A DNA stretch of 28,864 bases from Gammaproteobacteria bacterium (GTDB lineage Bacteria; Pseudomonadota; Gammaproteobacteria; GCA-001735895), in contig JBNKUM010000025.1 of assembly GCA_050298595.1 (NCBI GenBank), positions 1-28,864 of the forward strand. The letters are read 5' to 3'. This document shows positions 28,553 through 28,864 of the stretch, piece by piece. How positions within the stretch are numbered: position 1 is the first letter of the stretch; every line of letters starts with the position of its first letter. The notes beneath the pieces were generated by a model that worked only from the letters and a program-made list of their open reading frames with translations, searched no databases and was not told where the DNA came from. The position numbers and the translations under genes are program-made.

Positions 28553-28864
28553 ATGAATATGTTTTCCCATAGTCCAGGTATGCAGCCAAGGCGTTCAGTT
28601 TTGGCTGGTTTATTAGTATCTCTCGTTTCCATCGGTGCATTTACCACAACCACTCCGGCACAGGCATTCAGATCAGATCTCAGAGCATTTCAGTCTGCCT
28701 ACCCTAATTCAATGACTGATGATAATCTGTCTGAAGATTGTTCACTGTGCCACACCGACAACTACGACGAATTCAATGCCTATGGCTGGGATTATATCCA
28801 GTACAATGAAAATTTTAGCACCCTTGAATCCCTCAACTCTGACAATGATCCGACTGGCTCGACC
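28553..28864 (+). CDS. Secreted c-type heme (CxxCH) protein, runs off the window end
   Basis: Absent from the ORF track because it has no stop. AGGAG RBS, ATG at 28553, signal peptide ending AQA, then CSLCH...NAYG.D...LNSDNDPTG. Confidence 0.8.
   Translation, partial: MNMFSHSPGMQPRRSVLAGLLVSLVSIGAFTTTTPAQAFRSDLRAFQSAYPNSMTDDNLSEDCSLCHTDNYDEFNAYGWDYIQYNENFSTLESLNSDNDPTGST

Noticed and set aside
1-28864. tRNA/rRNA genes, and the many short antisense ORFs in the track
   Set aside because: No tRNA or rRNA signatures were seen; the short ORFs overlap well-supported genes and lack motifs.

Overview
This 28.9 kb window looks like a decaying accessory region of a polysaccharide-degrading, probably marine gammaproteobacterium (Cellvibrionaceae-like; the host is inferred from gene content only). 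From left to right it holds: a lipoprotein GH6 cellulase with a (PTQV)x12 linker and a GH10 remnant; an intact four-gene envelope glycosylation operon (GT2, UPF0104 flippase-like protein, FAD oxidoreductase, DUF2298/Chlor_Arch_YYY membrane protein); a secreted metzincin-MAM protein and a truncated ricin-trefoil protein; and a second, divergent YYY protein with decayed gtrB/gtrA partners. Next come an orphan Rhs C-terminal HEXXH module followed by a stand-alone GspG-like domain in the immunity position, beside a broken Y1/HuH transposase, and then a degenerate integron-cassette-like stretch. The right part has a De Ley-Doudoroff galactose cluster (LysR, galM, IclR, SDR, dgoK, dgoA, lactonase; no dehydratase), MITE/REP and IS3 scars, and the start of a secreted CxxCH protein. 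The best candidates for undescribed systems are the twice-occurring YYY glycosylation module and the Rhs-HEXXH/GspG-like pair. All family calls come from motif recognition by eye; no database searches were run.
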